Below are positions 29,840 through 38,774 of a stretch of DNA of 64,000 nt, piece by piece; within the stretch, counting starts at the first letter, position 1; the number at the start of each line of letters is the position of its first letter. The notes beneath the pieces were generated by a model. It was not told the DNA's origin. It was given only the letters and a program-made list of their open reading frames with translations, and did not search any database. Location of the stretch: IMG/VR virus record IMGVR_UViG_3300042989_000017. One strand, written 5' to 3'. This stretch comes from an uncultured virus (IMG/VR IMGVR_UViG_3300042989_000017). Lineage: Duplodnaviria > Heunggongvirae > Uroviricota > Caudoviricetes. The translations under genes and the position numbers were made by a program.

Positions 29840-30078
29840 TTCAAGGACTCCTGTAAACTTTTCCGTACTAAGAAAGACCCAACGTGCCACTTATGGCAAT
29901 ACGGACACTTGTAGGGTTGACGAGGGCCGCTGGTGGGGCGACGGTTTCCCGCCACTTCCTTAGCTAGGCTAAAAGTGTCAAAGGCTACTTTGCTCTCGCA
30001 AACATATTTTTGAACTTGCTCAAACTCCTCACTACCCTTTTTCGGATGAGCAGCATAGGGACGATTATGGTTAGCCAT
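29836..30078 (-). CDS. Small zinc-finger protein
   Basis: C..KVAF...YKCPYCHKWH. Confidence 0.65.
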   Translation of the reverse strand: MANHNRPYAAHPKKGSEEFEQVQKYVCESKVAFDTFSLAKEVAGNRRPTSGPRQPYKCPYCHKWHVGSFLVRKSLQESLK

Positions 30079-30316
30079 CTTTTAACTTCTCCAGTGAGTG
30101 TTTAATCTCGAAGAAGCCATAGCGTTGACTGACCTCGTTGAGAAAGTCTTTAAACGTGGGACTTACTCGGTGTAGGTCAGTCAGGTGCAGGGTTCTTTGA
30201 AAGAAACCTGTAGAACAGGAAGTTTCCTGATTAGCCGAGTATTGTATTAACTCGCCGTTTTTAAGGAAAAAGGCGAGGTACTGACCTGTTTGGTTGAGAC
30301 GGAATAGAACTTTCAT
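30071..30316 (-). CDS. Hypothetical protein
   Basis: 81-aa ORF with AAGGA RBS. Confidence 0.55.
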   Translation of the reverse strand: MKVLFRLNQTGQYLAFFLKNGELIQYSANQETSCSTGFFQRTLHLTDLHRVSPTFKDFLNEVSQRYGFFEIKHSLEKLKDG

Positions 30317-30336
30317 TTTATTTTCCTTTGTTGCAG

Positions 30337-30453
30337 TTAGTTAAAGAGCCAAGAAACGGCTGCCACAATTAAGAAGAGGCTGCCATCATGTCCTGTGGAA
30401 AAGACAACGGCTGAGGATACGATGCAGATTGCTATGAGGTGTTTATCTGTCAT
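30337..30453 (-). CDS. 38-aa membrane peptide (not in ORF track)
   Basis: GGAG RBS; MTDKHLIAICIVSSAVVFSTGHDGSLFLIVAAVSWLFN. Confidence 0.45.
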   Translation of the reverse strand: MTDKHLIAICIVSSAVVFSTGHDGSLFLIVAAVSWLFN

Positions 30454-30555
30454 TTCGCTCTGCTCTCCAAAGAAACCTTTATCAAAGCTCAAGCCGAAAA
30501 GTGGAAGACTCACATTGATCCGAGAGCCTTCGCAGCTTTAATGGCTTACGAAGTA

Positions 30556-31905
30556 TTACCCACAGATTAAGCCTTCGAGAATTTCCTTGCGGGAGTCCAC
30601 CTCGTTGGCAAGTCTCGATTTCCGTTGAAGAATCCCCAAAACTTTCTGCTCTATGGATTTCTGATACTGAGGGATATAGATGGGGAGGGTAGTTTCCCTG
30701 ACCCCGCGCACCCCCCTTGCTACAGCTTGAGTGAAGGAATCATCAAGATAATCCACTGTCATAAAGACGCAAACGTCCATTAGTTGCCAATTAAAACCCA
30801 CGCCTGCTGTGATTGGGGACGCAATGATGACTTGTAACTCTCCACGGCGAAACCTCTCATCAATCCTCACGCGCTTCTCACCGCTGACTGTGCCGTTAAT
30901 CATCTCAACGGTAAAGCCGAGTTCTGTAACTTTCTGTAAGAGTCTGTCTTGCTCCCCCCGTACGGCACTAAAGATAACAACTCTTTCAAACTGACCCCCC
31001 AATATGTTTTCAAAGAGCCAAGTGTCCTTATAGATTTCAGCAACCTTCAGCCCTAGAACTTCGGGACAGGCTAAAATCTGCCGACAGCGGATAGCGTGAA
31101 CTCCAGCCTCCGTCGCGGATAAAATCGACTCATCCTCAAGCTCGAGCATAGCCATAGACTCAAATTGCTCATACATCTTGCGATGTTTCTCATCTAACTC
31201 AACACTCACAGGTAAGTAAACAAGATTCTTATCCCCATAGACCTCGCGGAAAGTATGGGAAATCGAATGGCGTTCGAGCAACTTCCCTACCTTCTCAGAA
31301 TTTCTCCACCCAATAATCGAGTTTGTAAAACTATCCCGAATTGCGTGAGAGTCCATAAACGATCGGTGATGGCCGTAATAGCGCGGTTCGATAACATGGA
31401 TAATAGGAAACGCACTATCTAAACGACCTCTAACTACAGTAGCGGTTAGGAATATTATCCGCTCGATTTTCCGTGATAGTGCGACGAACCACTCACACCG
31501 CTTCGATGTTATGGAACTGTAATACAGGTGACTCTCATCGCAAGCGATCAAAGTCAATTTCTTCTTTAACATCAGTCGAATCGTCTCAAAATGGTTCATT
31601 AAGGTATCGGCTGTTGTTAAAATAACGTCGAACTGCTCTCCACGCCACTTAGCCTTGGTAGGCTTTCCGCGATAGATTAACACGCTCAGACCTGTCCAGT
31701 TCACGAGTTCTTCTTCATTTTTTCCCAGTAGCGACTTTGGCATGACCCAAATAGAACTCCCATGTTCGTAATCGGAAACGTATTTAAACATGACACAGGT
31801 CGGAGCTGTTTTACCTGTGGCGGTGTCGGAGCGATTTAAACATTTCTTGTTGCCAATGTAAAAACTCAAGTCTCCGACTTGAAGGGGACGGAGTTCTAAA
31901 GACAT
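30556..31905 (-). CDS. SF2 (SNF2-like) helicase
   Basis: TGKT, DESH, TAT, GVGFN, QA..RG.RG. Confidence 0.9.
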   Translation of the reverse strand: MSLELRPLQVGDLSFYIGNKKCLNRSDTATGKTAPTCVMFKYVSDYEHGSSIWVMPKSLLGKNEEELVNWTGLSVLIYRGKPTKAKWRGEQFDVILTTADTLMNHFETIRLMLKKKLTLIACDESHLYYSSITSKRCEWFVALSRKIERIIFLTATVVRGRLDSAFPIIHVIEPRYYGHHRSFMDSHAIRDSFTNSIIGWRNSEKVGKLLERHSISHTFREVYGDKNLVYLPVSVELDEKHRKMYEQFESMAMLELEDESILSATEAGVHAIRCRQILACPEVLGLKVAEIYKDTWLFENILGGQFERVVIFSAVRGEQDRLLQKVTELGFTVEMINGTVSGEKRVRIDERFRRGELQVIIASPITAGVGFNWQLMDVCVFMTVDYLDDSFTQAVARGVRGVRETTLPIYIPQYQKSIEQKVLGILQRKSRLANEVDSRKEILEGLICG

Positions 31906-32387
31906 ACCAGTTTCCCCCCCTCCTGCATTAAGGCTAACGCCCGAACTTGCTCAGAACCCCAAGCAATCAGCATCGAACCGCTACCTGCACCGCTACCGCG
32001 AGACACACCTAAGCCATCCGCGAACTTGACACGACCTTTTAAAAATAGAGTGGCATCGGCTTTCGCAACAGAGTCGTGAAACCAAGCGCAATCTGTTCGA
32101 GCAAACAGCAAAGCCATGCCGTTGCGGTGTTGGTGCATTTTGGCCAACCCTTTAGGGGTCTCTTTGCCGTAAGGAGGATTAAGCCAGACCTTGCCAAACC
32201 AGTAAGAGGTTAGGCCGTTATCCTCCAAATCATAATATCGAATGGCAGGAGTCCACGGTACGCCTCCAGTCGGAGCGCAAGGATCTAAGTCAAATTGCAA
32301 ACCCATGCGTTCGAAAATCCAAGCTGGCGTATACCAATCTACGCTGAGATTGTTTTCATCCTCGTGGGCAAAGCCTTTAGCTACCAT
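31896..32387 (-). CDS. Phage N6-adenine DNA methyltransferase
   Basis: WYTP, FDLDPC, W.NPPY, ARTD..WF. Confidence 0.88.
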   Translation of the reverse strand: MVAKGFAHEDENNLSVDWYTPAWIFERMGLQFDLDPCAPTGGVPWTPAIRYYDLEDNGLTSYWFGKVWLNPPYGKETPKGLAKMHQHRNGMALLFARTDCAWFHDSVAKADATLFLKGRVKFADGLGVSRGSGAGSGSMLIAWGSEQVRALALMQEGGKLVCL

Positions 32388-32625
32388 GTTGGTTCTCCTT
32401 CACAGCATAATACTTAGCCTTCTTAGCGAGATTGTATTTCGAACCCTTCGCGGCCCAGTAGGCGGCCTGTTTGGCAGGATCTTTGGCAAGGCGGTGACAT
32501 TCACAGCAACGGCGGTTAGTGGTCGAATGTTCACCCTTGTGGAGCTTGCAAATAAAGGTGGGCGAGGGTGTAAATCGCGTCAAACCTAACGCTTTGGCCG
32601 CGCGCGCTTCTGAAGATAAACTCAT
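32377..32625 (-). CDS. Hypothetical Cys/His-rich protein
   Basis: R..AK..G..RF....C..H...C.EC. Confidence 0.55.
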   Translation of the reverse strand: MSLSSEARAAKALGLTRFTPSPTFICKLHKGEHSTTNRRCCECHRLAKDPAKQAAYWAAKGSKYNLAKKAKYYAVKENQHGS

Positions 32626-32981
32626 TTTGAAATCTCATCTGAAACGAAAGATTTTAGGAACTCCGTTCTAAAACGAAGCATTTTAATGAGCCAACCATTA
32701 GGTAGCTTGGCTACGCCACGACCTTCTAAACCTGTGGAAGTCTCATCAGGGGAAAAGGTAAGGTTTAACAGGAAACCTTTGCCGTAGATCGCCTCAAAGT
32801 GCGGCCAAAATGCTTTCAGAAATCGTTCCCTTAAAGTTTTAGGGCAGTAGAGACAAAGAACAGGGGGTCTATCTCCATGATGTACATGATGGAAAGCCCA
32901 AGCGTTAGCGATTCGCTTTTTGCGTTTAACTTCTTTGACAGTGAAACGACGAAGAGCGCAGTTCTCAGCTAGGTTTTTCAT
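32622..32981 (-). CDS. Hypothetical protein
   Basis: ATGA-coupled ORF. Confidence 0.55.
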   Translation of the reverse strand: MKNLAENCALRRFTVKEVKRKKRIANAWAFHHVHHGDRPPVLCLYCPKTLRERFLKAFWPHFEAIYGKGFLLNLTFSPDETSTGLEGRGVAKLPNGWLIKMLRFRTEFLKSFVSDEISK

Positions 32982-33226
32982 TTCAAATCCTCGTTATATT
33001 TAGCCACAAATACCTTTGACTCTTTGAGTCGCCAATAGTTAGCTGTCCGCAGAGTCGTTGTCGGCTTTGGTAAACGGCCTGCTGTTATTAGAGCTTCAAC
33101 AGCTATACGGCTTTTAGGATTGTACCCGCAAATTTCAAACGCTTCATGCTGACGAAGCAAAGTTGTCTCAGGTAAATCCTTCATCCAGTCAGGAAAAATG
33201 TAAAGGGGGTCCACAGACTCACGCAT
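32978..33226 (-). CDS. AlpA/excisionase-like DNA-binding protein
   Basis: LLR..E....G...I.AGRLPKP......W. Confidence 0.55.
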   Translation of the reverse strand: MRESVDPLYIFPDWMKDLPETTLLRQHEAFEICGYNPKSRIAVEALITAGRLPKPTTTLRTANYWRLKESKVFVAKYNEDLK

Positions 33227-33623
33227 GGGTGTCCCCTACGAAAATCTCTCTTTCCACGTCTTCAAGCCGTAACCGCATCGCTTCTAAAGTAAGCTCAGGG
33301 ACGCGATGGAGGCCGACAAAATCCCTAGTCGTACGGTAAATACTTACCTGCGACCCGCTTTCCTTAGCCATTTGAAGGTATGGGTCAAGCTCCCAAACCC
33401 TCGTAAAAGTATTGGAGACCACTACATCAAAACCTAACAACAAGGCGTGAAACGCCATACGTTGACACCACAGAGGGGCAGCCTCAATTTTCAAGGCATC
33501 GTAACGGTAGCTTCCATCTACCATGAAAAACATATCTGCTTCAAGGTGAAGGCAGCCGAATTTTCTAGCCAAAGTTGACTTACCGCTTGTAGGTAGGCCG
33601 CGAATGATAGAGAGGATAGGCAT
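33219..33623 (-). CDS. P-loop kinase (AAA_33-like)
   Basis: RGLPTSGKST, EAD.FF, VVSNTF, H.VP. Confidence 0.8.
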   Translation of the reverse strand: MPILSIIRGLPTSGKSTLARKFGCLHLEADMFFMVDGSYRYDALKIEAAPLWCQRMAFHALLLGFDVVVSNTFTRVWELDPYLQMAKESGSQVSIYRTTRDFVGLHRVPELTLEAMRLRLEDVEREIFVGDTHA

Positions 33624-33655
33624 TTTGAAAACTCCAGTTAGAAAAGAGAGGGCAA

Positions 33656-34132
33656 TCAGAAATCATAGCAAGCAGGAATAACCCAGTTACGGTTAGCGAA
33701 ACGTAACTCGCTACGGATAAGCCTACCTAATCGGCTTCGCTTCTCATCTTGCAGTTCAGCAAAGTTAATATGTTTCACAAAAGCCTCTTGATCAGAGGTC
33801 AGTTTCTGTCCACGGTTAAAGTCGAAAGCCTTCGTCAACTCGTGAGCGGCAAACTCAACCCAAGAACCTTCAAAGACTTGGTCAATAACCTCTCGATTGT
33901 AACCCTCACAGTAAGCGGCTTCCTGAGCAAGGTAGCGCACCTGCTCCTCAGCAGAATCGAGACGTAAAACAGTCAAGAGACACTGTAACTTGGTGCGAAT
34001 TGGCATCTCAAGCTCTTCAATAAACCGAGCTGCTTGGCCGAAACTGAGAATTGTAAAAGTTTCATACTTATCACAATTTTCAAAAGTTAAAACGACACGG
34101 CAATTGTTATCAAAAACGTAGAAATAAGACAT
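33656..34132 (-). CDS. Hypothetical early protein
   Basis: GGAG..AAAATG leader. Confidence 0.6.
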   Translation of the reverse strand: MSYFYVFDNNCRVVLTFENCDKYETFTILSFGQAARFIEELEMPIRTKLQCLLTVLRLDSAEEQVRYLAQEAAYCEGYNREVIDQVFEGSWVEFAAHELTKAFDFNRGQKLTSDQEAFVKHINFAELQDEKRSRLGRLIRSELRFANRNWVIPACYDF

Positions 34133-34137
34133 TTTAA

Positions 34138-34384
34138 TTACTCCAAACCATAGCGAACGGCAGTTTCAGGGTGGTTGGCTATCAACCATTTAGTGAACTT
34201 TCGTGAACTTTCGTGTTAAAAGCGGTTTACTGTGGCTGTGAGGCCAAGCTCGTGAGGGAGTACGGTAGCCGTTCTCGTTGATATACTGCTCGGCAGGGGA
34301 GTCAGGTTTTGCGTACCAACGGTTGCCGTTATCTCGATCCATCATCGTGAAAAGGTCAGGCCAAGTGAGGGTTAATTTAGACAT
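34138..34384 (-). pseudogene. Early gene frameshifted by a 10-bp tandem duplication
   Basis: GTGAACTTTC twice (34193-34212); removing one copy gives ...TRKFTKWLIANHPETAVRYGLE* ending next to the RBS of the following gene. Confidence 0.6.
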
Positions 34385-34437
34385 TTTAAAAACTCCGAAA
34401 CTAAAGCCGTTTAAGGGAAACGGCAACCCAGAAGAAA

Positions 34438-34647
34438 CTAGGCAAGCTCAGGCGTTAAACCATCAGTGCGTGGGTACTCGACAACGATAAAACCTCGCCA
34501 AGTGTAAACCGTATGTTTAGAGATTAAAGTACACGCTTGCTGGTGAGTCATAGGGTTGATAGGCATAGCCCAACGTTTTAGCACAACACCCGTTTTTATG
34601 TCATTGCGTGTTACGTCAATCGTGTATAGTTTTTGTGAATCTGTCAT
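34438..34647 (-). CDS. Hypothetical early protein
   Basis: GAGG..TTCAAAATG leader; PMTH..AC. Confidence 0.55.
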   Translation of the reverse strand: MTDSQKLYTIDVTRNDIKTGVVLKRWAMPINPMTHQQACTLISKHTVYTWRGFIVVEYPRTDGLTPELA

Positions 34648-34940
34648 TTTGAAAAACCTCTTAAAAGTTGCTCTGACTCCAAACCAAGTAAGTTTGCTGC
34701 TTGTTGACGTGAGCCTGCTCGGACAAAAGCCTCGCAAGATTCCCCTGCTTCGTCATACCAAGCCGCTCGGTAGAGAGGCATACCCCAACCCCAATAAGCT
34801 CCTCCTGCATCGTATCCTTGACTCAAAGGCAGATGGTGTAAGGTCACGTTAGTAGCTGTTGAGGTGTTACGAGAAGTGTGGCGACCCATAGGTGCGCCGT
34901 AACGACTACTAACTTCAATTAAAGCTGGAAACTTACTCAT
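34644..34940 (-). CDS. Conserved phage hypothetical (YGAPMGR...GYD.GGAYWG)
   Basis: Recognisable motif; GAGG RBS. Confidence 0.65.
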   Translation of the reverse strand: MSKFPALIEVSSRYGAPMGRHTSRNTSTATNVTLHHLPLSQGYDAGGAYWGWGMPLYRAAWYDEAGESCEAFVRAGSRQQAANLLGLESEQLLRGFSK

Positions 34941-34950
34941 TCTGAAACCC

Positions 34951-35088
34951 TCAAATTTGACGAAGTTTACGGTATTCGATACCGTAAGCATTGTTGATAA
35001 ATACCTCAACAAACTGGATTTTGCCAGCTTGTTGGGTCAAGAATTGTTGCATAGCCTCATGGCTGCGAAACTTTCTTAGCTGCCACAT
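34951..35088 (-). CDS. 45-aa hypothetical protein (not in ORF track)
   Basis: GGAG RBS; MWQLRKF...EVFINNAYGIEYRKLRQI. Confidence 0.5.
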   Translation of the reverse strand: MWQLRKFRSHEAMQQFLTQQAGKIQFVEVFINNAYGIEYRKLRQI

Positions 35089-35477
35089 GAAGATAGCTCC
35101 AAAAGTAAACTGTAATCAGAATCTAAGTCCTTCACCGTGTATAGCTCTCGTTTTAAGCAACCTGGTTGCTTAGAGTTGAAACGGGGAACGTCGGCTAGAC
35201 GGAGAAACTTCAAAGCGCAACGTGCCCGTTGCATATAATAGTCACCGTAACCGTACTCAATTACGCCTCGAAGGAGGGTGAAGACTTGACCGTTTTTAAG
35301 GGAAAACTCGACAGCGAAATCGTTGTACGAGTTTCCGTTTACCTTATCAAACCACTCGTGACCGATGACGTTGACGGCTAAAATATCCGAGACGGGAGTC
35401 TCAAGCAGTTGAGAATTAACATAAATACCACAAAGGTCACTTCTGTTGCGGTAGTTTTCGTTCAAAGTAATTTTCAT
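35076..35477 (-). CDS. Hypothetical early protein
   Basis: WFDKVNGNSY...YGYGD.Y; conserved leader. Confidence 0.6.
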   Translation of the reverse strand: MKITLNENYRNRSDLCGIYVNSQLLETPVSDILAVNVIGHEWFDKVNGNSYNDFAVEFSLKNGQVFTLLRGVIEYGYGDYYMQRARCALKFLRLADVPRFNSKQPGCLKRELYTVKDLDSDYSLLLELSSCGS

Positions 35478-35528
35478 TTTAAAATCCTCGAAATTTAAGC
35501 GGTTTACGTTTAAGGGAGACGGTAAACC

Positions 35529-36155
35529 CTAAAGTGTGCGGTTAAAGGAAACGCTAAAGAACTCGTCAAGCAAAGCGCGTAACCCCTCGTCCTTACAGTT
35601 CCTAATACGGTGAAACAATTCATCTAACCGTATATGTGCTTCGGTAAACTCTAACTCGAAGTCTTCGTCGGTCAAGTCTGAATATACAGCTAGGTCACGG
35701 ATAACGGTTGAAACAGATTTAGGTTCGGCCTCAAAATCCCCGCCGTATTTATGCCTGCTCAACTTCTCGACGAGTTGCCCCGCTTCGTAATCGCTCAGAA
35801 CTTCGGGTAAAACAAAATCTAAGCGGGAAACCTCGTGGATAACAACAGAGACAGGTAAACCGCGACGGTCTCGATTAAACTTGACAGCGTAAAGTAGGTT
35901 GCCGAGAGTCAAGCCATACTCGTACTCGCTACCGTACAAGATAGATAGCCCAAGTAGGGGTTGAAGGGGGGATAAATCAGCCTCCTCAAACCAGAGGGAT
36001 TCTTTCCAAACCCAAAAGGGTTGCCCTTTCGGATCGCCGAAATCTTCTGCGCTGCCATAACCTTGGTCAGCAACCTCTTCCTTTTGCTCATCGGACAAAT
36101 TATCGTAACCTACGATTGCGGGGAGAGTTTCGGGGGAACCGATTAAGTTGAACAT
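35529..36155 (-). CDS. Hypothetical acidic early protein
   Basis: 208 aa; conserved leader. Confidence 0.6.
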   Translation of the reverse strand: MFNLIGSPETLPAIVGYDNLSDEQKEEVADQGYGSAEDFGDPKGQPFWVWKESLWFEEADLSPLQPLLGLSILYGSEYEYGLTLGNLLYAVKFNRDRRGLPVSVVIHEVSRLDFVLPEVLSDYEAGQLVEKLSRHKYGGDFEAEPKSVSTVIRDLAVYSDLTDEDFELEFTEAHIRLDELFHRIRNCKDEGLRALLDEFFSVSFNRTL

Positions 36156-36211
36156 TTTGAAAACTCCGAAATCAGAGCCGCTTAAAGGGAAACGGCAAAC
36201 CCAAAAAAAGC

Positions 36212-36592
36212 TTAATCTTCAGACTCACACTCCTCGCGGCAGACTTCTTCCAAAGCCCACCAAGCGAGGATATTGTAAACGATTTGCTTCTCCTCAGAGC
36301 GAGGGTTAAACAGCCCGTCCTCAATCTCGAAAGAGGAGTAACCTTTCAACCCGTTAAACCCTGACAGCATAATTACAACCGAAGACTCACCGAAACTCAA
36401 ACAATCCTCTCGCAAAGCGGCGAGAATTTTCGTTTTGTTTCTTTTTGCGAAAGCAACGGTATCAGAATAGTAGATAAAACCGCTGAAACCGCAAGCCGCC
36501 CCGTGGTTGTAAACATCGGAGGCAAGTTCACGGAAAGAGGCAAGGCCGCCGCATTGACGGATAACGGCGCGACGAAGAGGATGATTTTTCAT
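36212..36592 (-). CDS. Conserved phage hypothetical (HG...GFSGFIYYSDT..F)
   Basis: Recognisable motif; conserved leader. Confidence 0.65.
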   Translation of the reverse strand: MKNHPLRRAVIRQCGGLASFRELASDVYNHGAACGFSGFIYYSDTVAFAKRNKTKILAALREDCLSFGESSVVIMLSGFNGLKGYSSFEIEDGLFNPRSEEKQIVYNILAWWALEEVCREECESED

Positions 36593-36663
36593 TTTGAAAA
36601 CTCCGAAATAAAGAAGTTAGGGAAAACCTGATGAAAAGCAGGAAACCCCCAAAAGAAAGAGAA

Positions 36664-37182
36664 TTAAACTAAGTAACCTTGAATAGCATCGAGTAGACCT
36701 GACTCGGCATGGTCAGACCCGATAAACCCCCAACAGGAGTCGATTTCTTCTCCGTCAACTTCGACAGAGTAACCATAGCACTCACCTTGCAGGTAATCGT
36801 CCAATATCTTGACGTAAGATGCTAAGGCTTTTCGGAAGGCTGCACGGCGTTTAAACTCGCCGCCTCGCGATGGACGTTTAACGGCACAGTAACCGAGAAC
36901 CCCACTATCCCAACGGCAACCGAAAGGGGTGATGGACACGGTTACGCTACTGTGGATGTAAGCGTAGACTGGCTCGTACCAGTAGTCGGGGTGGTTTTGG
37001 TCGCCGTCTACGAACTCTAAGTCTTCAGGGTAGTTTTCCGAACGCATTGAAAAATACCGCGCTGCCTGTAAATTCCACTCAAAAGGTAAATCCCAGTTTT
37101 TCCACGGGTTTTCAGCGTCTTCGTCCTGAATAGCAAAAATCTTGACGTTGCCTTTTTCGGCAATCAGTTCACGGTTTAACAT
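36664..37182 (-). CDS. Conserved phage hypothetical (Y.HS...WDSG..G...DSCWGF.G)
   Basis: Recognisable motif; GAGGA RBS. Confidence 0.65.
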   Translation of the reverse strand: MLNRELIAEKGNVKIFAIQDEDAENPWKNWDLPFEWNLQAARYFSMRSENYPEDLEFVDGDQNHPDYWYEPVYAYIHSSVTVSITPFGCRWDSGVLGYCAVKRPSRGGEFKRRAAFRKALASYVKILDDYLQGECYGYSVEVDGEEIDSCWGFIGSDHAESGLLDAIQGYLV

Positions 37183-37194
37183 TTTAAAAATCCT

Positions 37195-37407
37195 CTAGGA
37201 TGTAAAGTTTCTGTAGCACTTGTCCAAAACAGCTTCGGAAACCTGAATCTGCCTAGCAAACAGGTGCCAGTAAACAGATTGAGGCCAAGAGCTGTCACGC
37301 TCTCGCCATTGTTGTACCGCCGACCAATAAGGGAGAAGGAGGCAATCTACACCCTCAACAGGGTGGGGTGGAACTACCTTCGGGAAAGAAGGTGGGGTCA
37401 AGGTCAT
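37195..37407 (-). CDS. Hypothetical protein
   Basis: AGGAG RBS; 70 aa. Confidence 0.45.
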   Translation of the reverse strand: MTLTPPSFPKVVPPHPVEGVDCLLLPYWSAVQQWRERDSSWPQSVYWHLFARQIQVSEAVLDKCYRNFTS

Positions 37408-37651
37408 CTAAAAGCTCCTTAATCTGACCAGTGTTTAGTTTAAGGCAGCCAAAACAATCGTAAGCTGCCGACAGGTTATCGTTGGTGTGAAACCAACGAA
37501 GGGTTGACTCACTAAAACTAGCCGAGTCAAAAACGTACAGATATTGACCACAAGCCAAGATAGTGGCTCGGTTCGCTCTACAAAACCGAAGGATATCATC
37601 TTCGGTGCGGAGAAGTTTCCGAATCAAAATTCGGGTAGGTTTAGGCTGCAT
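37355..37651 (-). CDS. Hypothetical protein
   Basis: 98-aa ORF in the early cluster. Confidence 0.45.
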   Translation of the reverse strand: MQPKPTRILIRKLLRTEDDILRFCRANRATILACGQYLYVFDSASFSESTLRWFHTNDNLSAAYDCFGCLKLNTGQIKELLDDLDPTFFPEGSSTPPC

Positions 37652-37838
37652 CTTGCCCCCATATCGCCAAGCAAGCGAGACTTAGAGCGGCATAAGCCGC
37701 TACCAAATAAAGGGAACAGTTAAGGTAACTGTTCAGAACATCGTGGCCGTCGAACCCCGCGAACAGGACACCGAACACGGCGACGACGAGGCTTACGGCA
37801 AACATCGTCGCGAAAATAGATAGAAACTTGATAAACAT
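37641..37838 (-). CDS. Small two-TM membrane protein
   Basis: Two hydrophobic helices; conserved leader. Confidence 0.55.
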   Translation of the reverse strand: MFIKFLSIFATMFAVSLVVAVFGVLFAGFDGHDVLNSYLNCSLYLVAAYAALSLACLAIWGQDAA

Positions 37839-37850
37839 TTTGAAAATCCC

Positions 37851-38195
37851 TCAGTCTTCGCCGTAGACGTTTAACGGTGAAGACGGTGAAGACGGTGAAG
37901 ACGGTGAAGACGGTGAAGACGGTGAAGACGGTGAAGACGGTGAAGACGGTGAAGACGGTGAAGACGGTGAAGAATCCTCTTTGAACAATTCGGGGAAAGA
38001 TGCCCCGATCTCAAGGCAGACCGCCGAATAATCGGCGTAAAGGCGCGGCAAGCCTTTACAAACCCCACTTGTGTGGGGAATAGGGTGTAGTACCGCACCC
38101 CGCCAATCTTTGACGCTCAAGAGCGTCAAAGATTGGCCATAAATGTGACCTGTAACGGTTTTGCCGTCTTTTAAGACAACTGTGAAATCACTCAT
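37851..38195 (-). CDS. Hypothetical protein with (SSP)11 tail
   Basis: GGAG..TTAAAATG leader; the tandem repeat is in frame. Confidence 0.55.
   Translation of the reverse strand: MSDFTVVLKDGKTVTGHIYGQSLTLLSVKDWRGAVLHPIPHTSGVCKGLPRLYADYSAVCLEIGASFPELFKEDSSPSSPSSPSSPSSPSSPSSPSSPSSPSSPSSPLNVYGED
37874..37972. repeat. Perfect 9-bp tandem repeat (ACGGTGAAG)x11
   Basis: Counted directly, 99 bp. Confidence 0.97.
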
Positions 38196-38360
38196 TTTAA
38201 AAATCTCCAAAATAAAAAAAAGTAGGTTAGCCGTGTCCTTCATAACTGTCACGACTTGCATGATTGAGTTAGAAATCTCATGCGGGATTCCGTTCAGCGT
38301 TATGCGCTGATAGCTTAACTCAAAACTAACCGCTTTTGCAGAGTCTAAACGCTGGCGCGT

Positions 38361-38705
38361 TTAGGCTGAAAAACTGTACAAGCTGAAAACAAAAGTCGCC
38401 TTAACAACTTCATCTTCAGTGTACTCGTGACGGTCAGTTAGGCGAGGTAAGCCGCGAACACCCATAACGATGACAGAATCACCGTCCGCTACTGCAACGC
38501 GGGGGGGTTGTTCGGGGATTGCCACATCTAAGCCAAAACGGTTACGCATCGCGGTGATGGTAGCCACATGGCTTGGGTTGCAGCAACTTACTACGCCTGT
38601 TTGAATCAATGCGCTGACCTGTTCAACAGTCAGAGACTGGCGAACTATTACCCCGTCTGTGAACATTGAATCAGCCAACGCAAAGCCAAAATAGACTCTA
38701 GATAT
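38361..38705 (-). CDS. DUF1874 (STIV B116/AcrIII-1-like) protein, putative ring nuclease
   Basis: VY...A...M, S.....H..T, GD...V, RL....YT..E layout; GGAG 8 nt before an ATA codon (114 aa); alternative ATG at 38759. Confidence 0.55.
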   Translation of the reverse strand: MSRVYFGFALADSMFTDGVIVRQSLTVEQVSALIQTGVVSCCNPSHVATITAMRNRFGLDVAIPEQPPRVAVADGDSVIVMGVRGLPRLTDRHEYTEDEVVKATFVFSLYSFSA

Positions 38706-38774
38706 AGCAGATACTCCGATTGCGATACCGCCTACTTGAAATGTGAAACGGCTTAACATTTTGGTTAGGAAAAA

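Noticed and set aside
32978..33226. Evidence of an integration module
   Set aside because: An AlpA/Xis-like protein alone; no integrase or CI-like repressor in the window
37871..38098. ORF with (HRL)n repeats
   Set aside because: Alternative frame of the 9-bp repeat; the SSP frame has the conserved early-gene RBS
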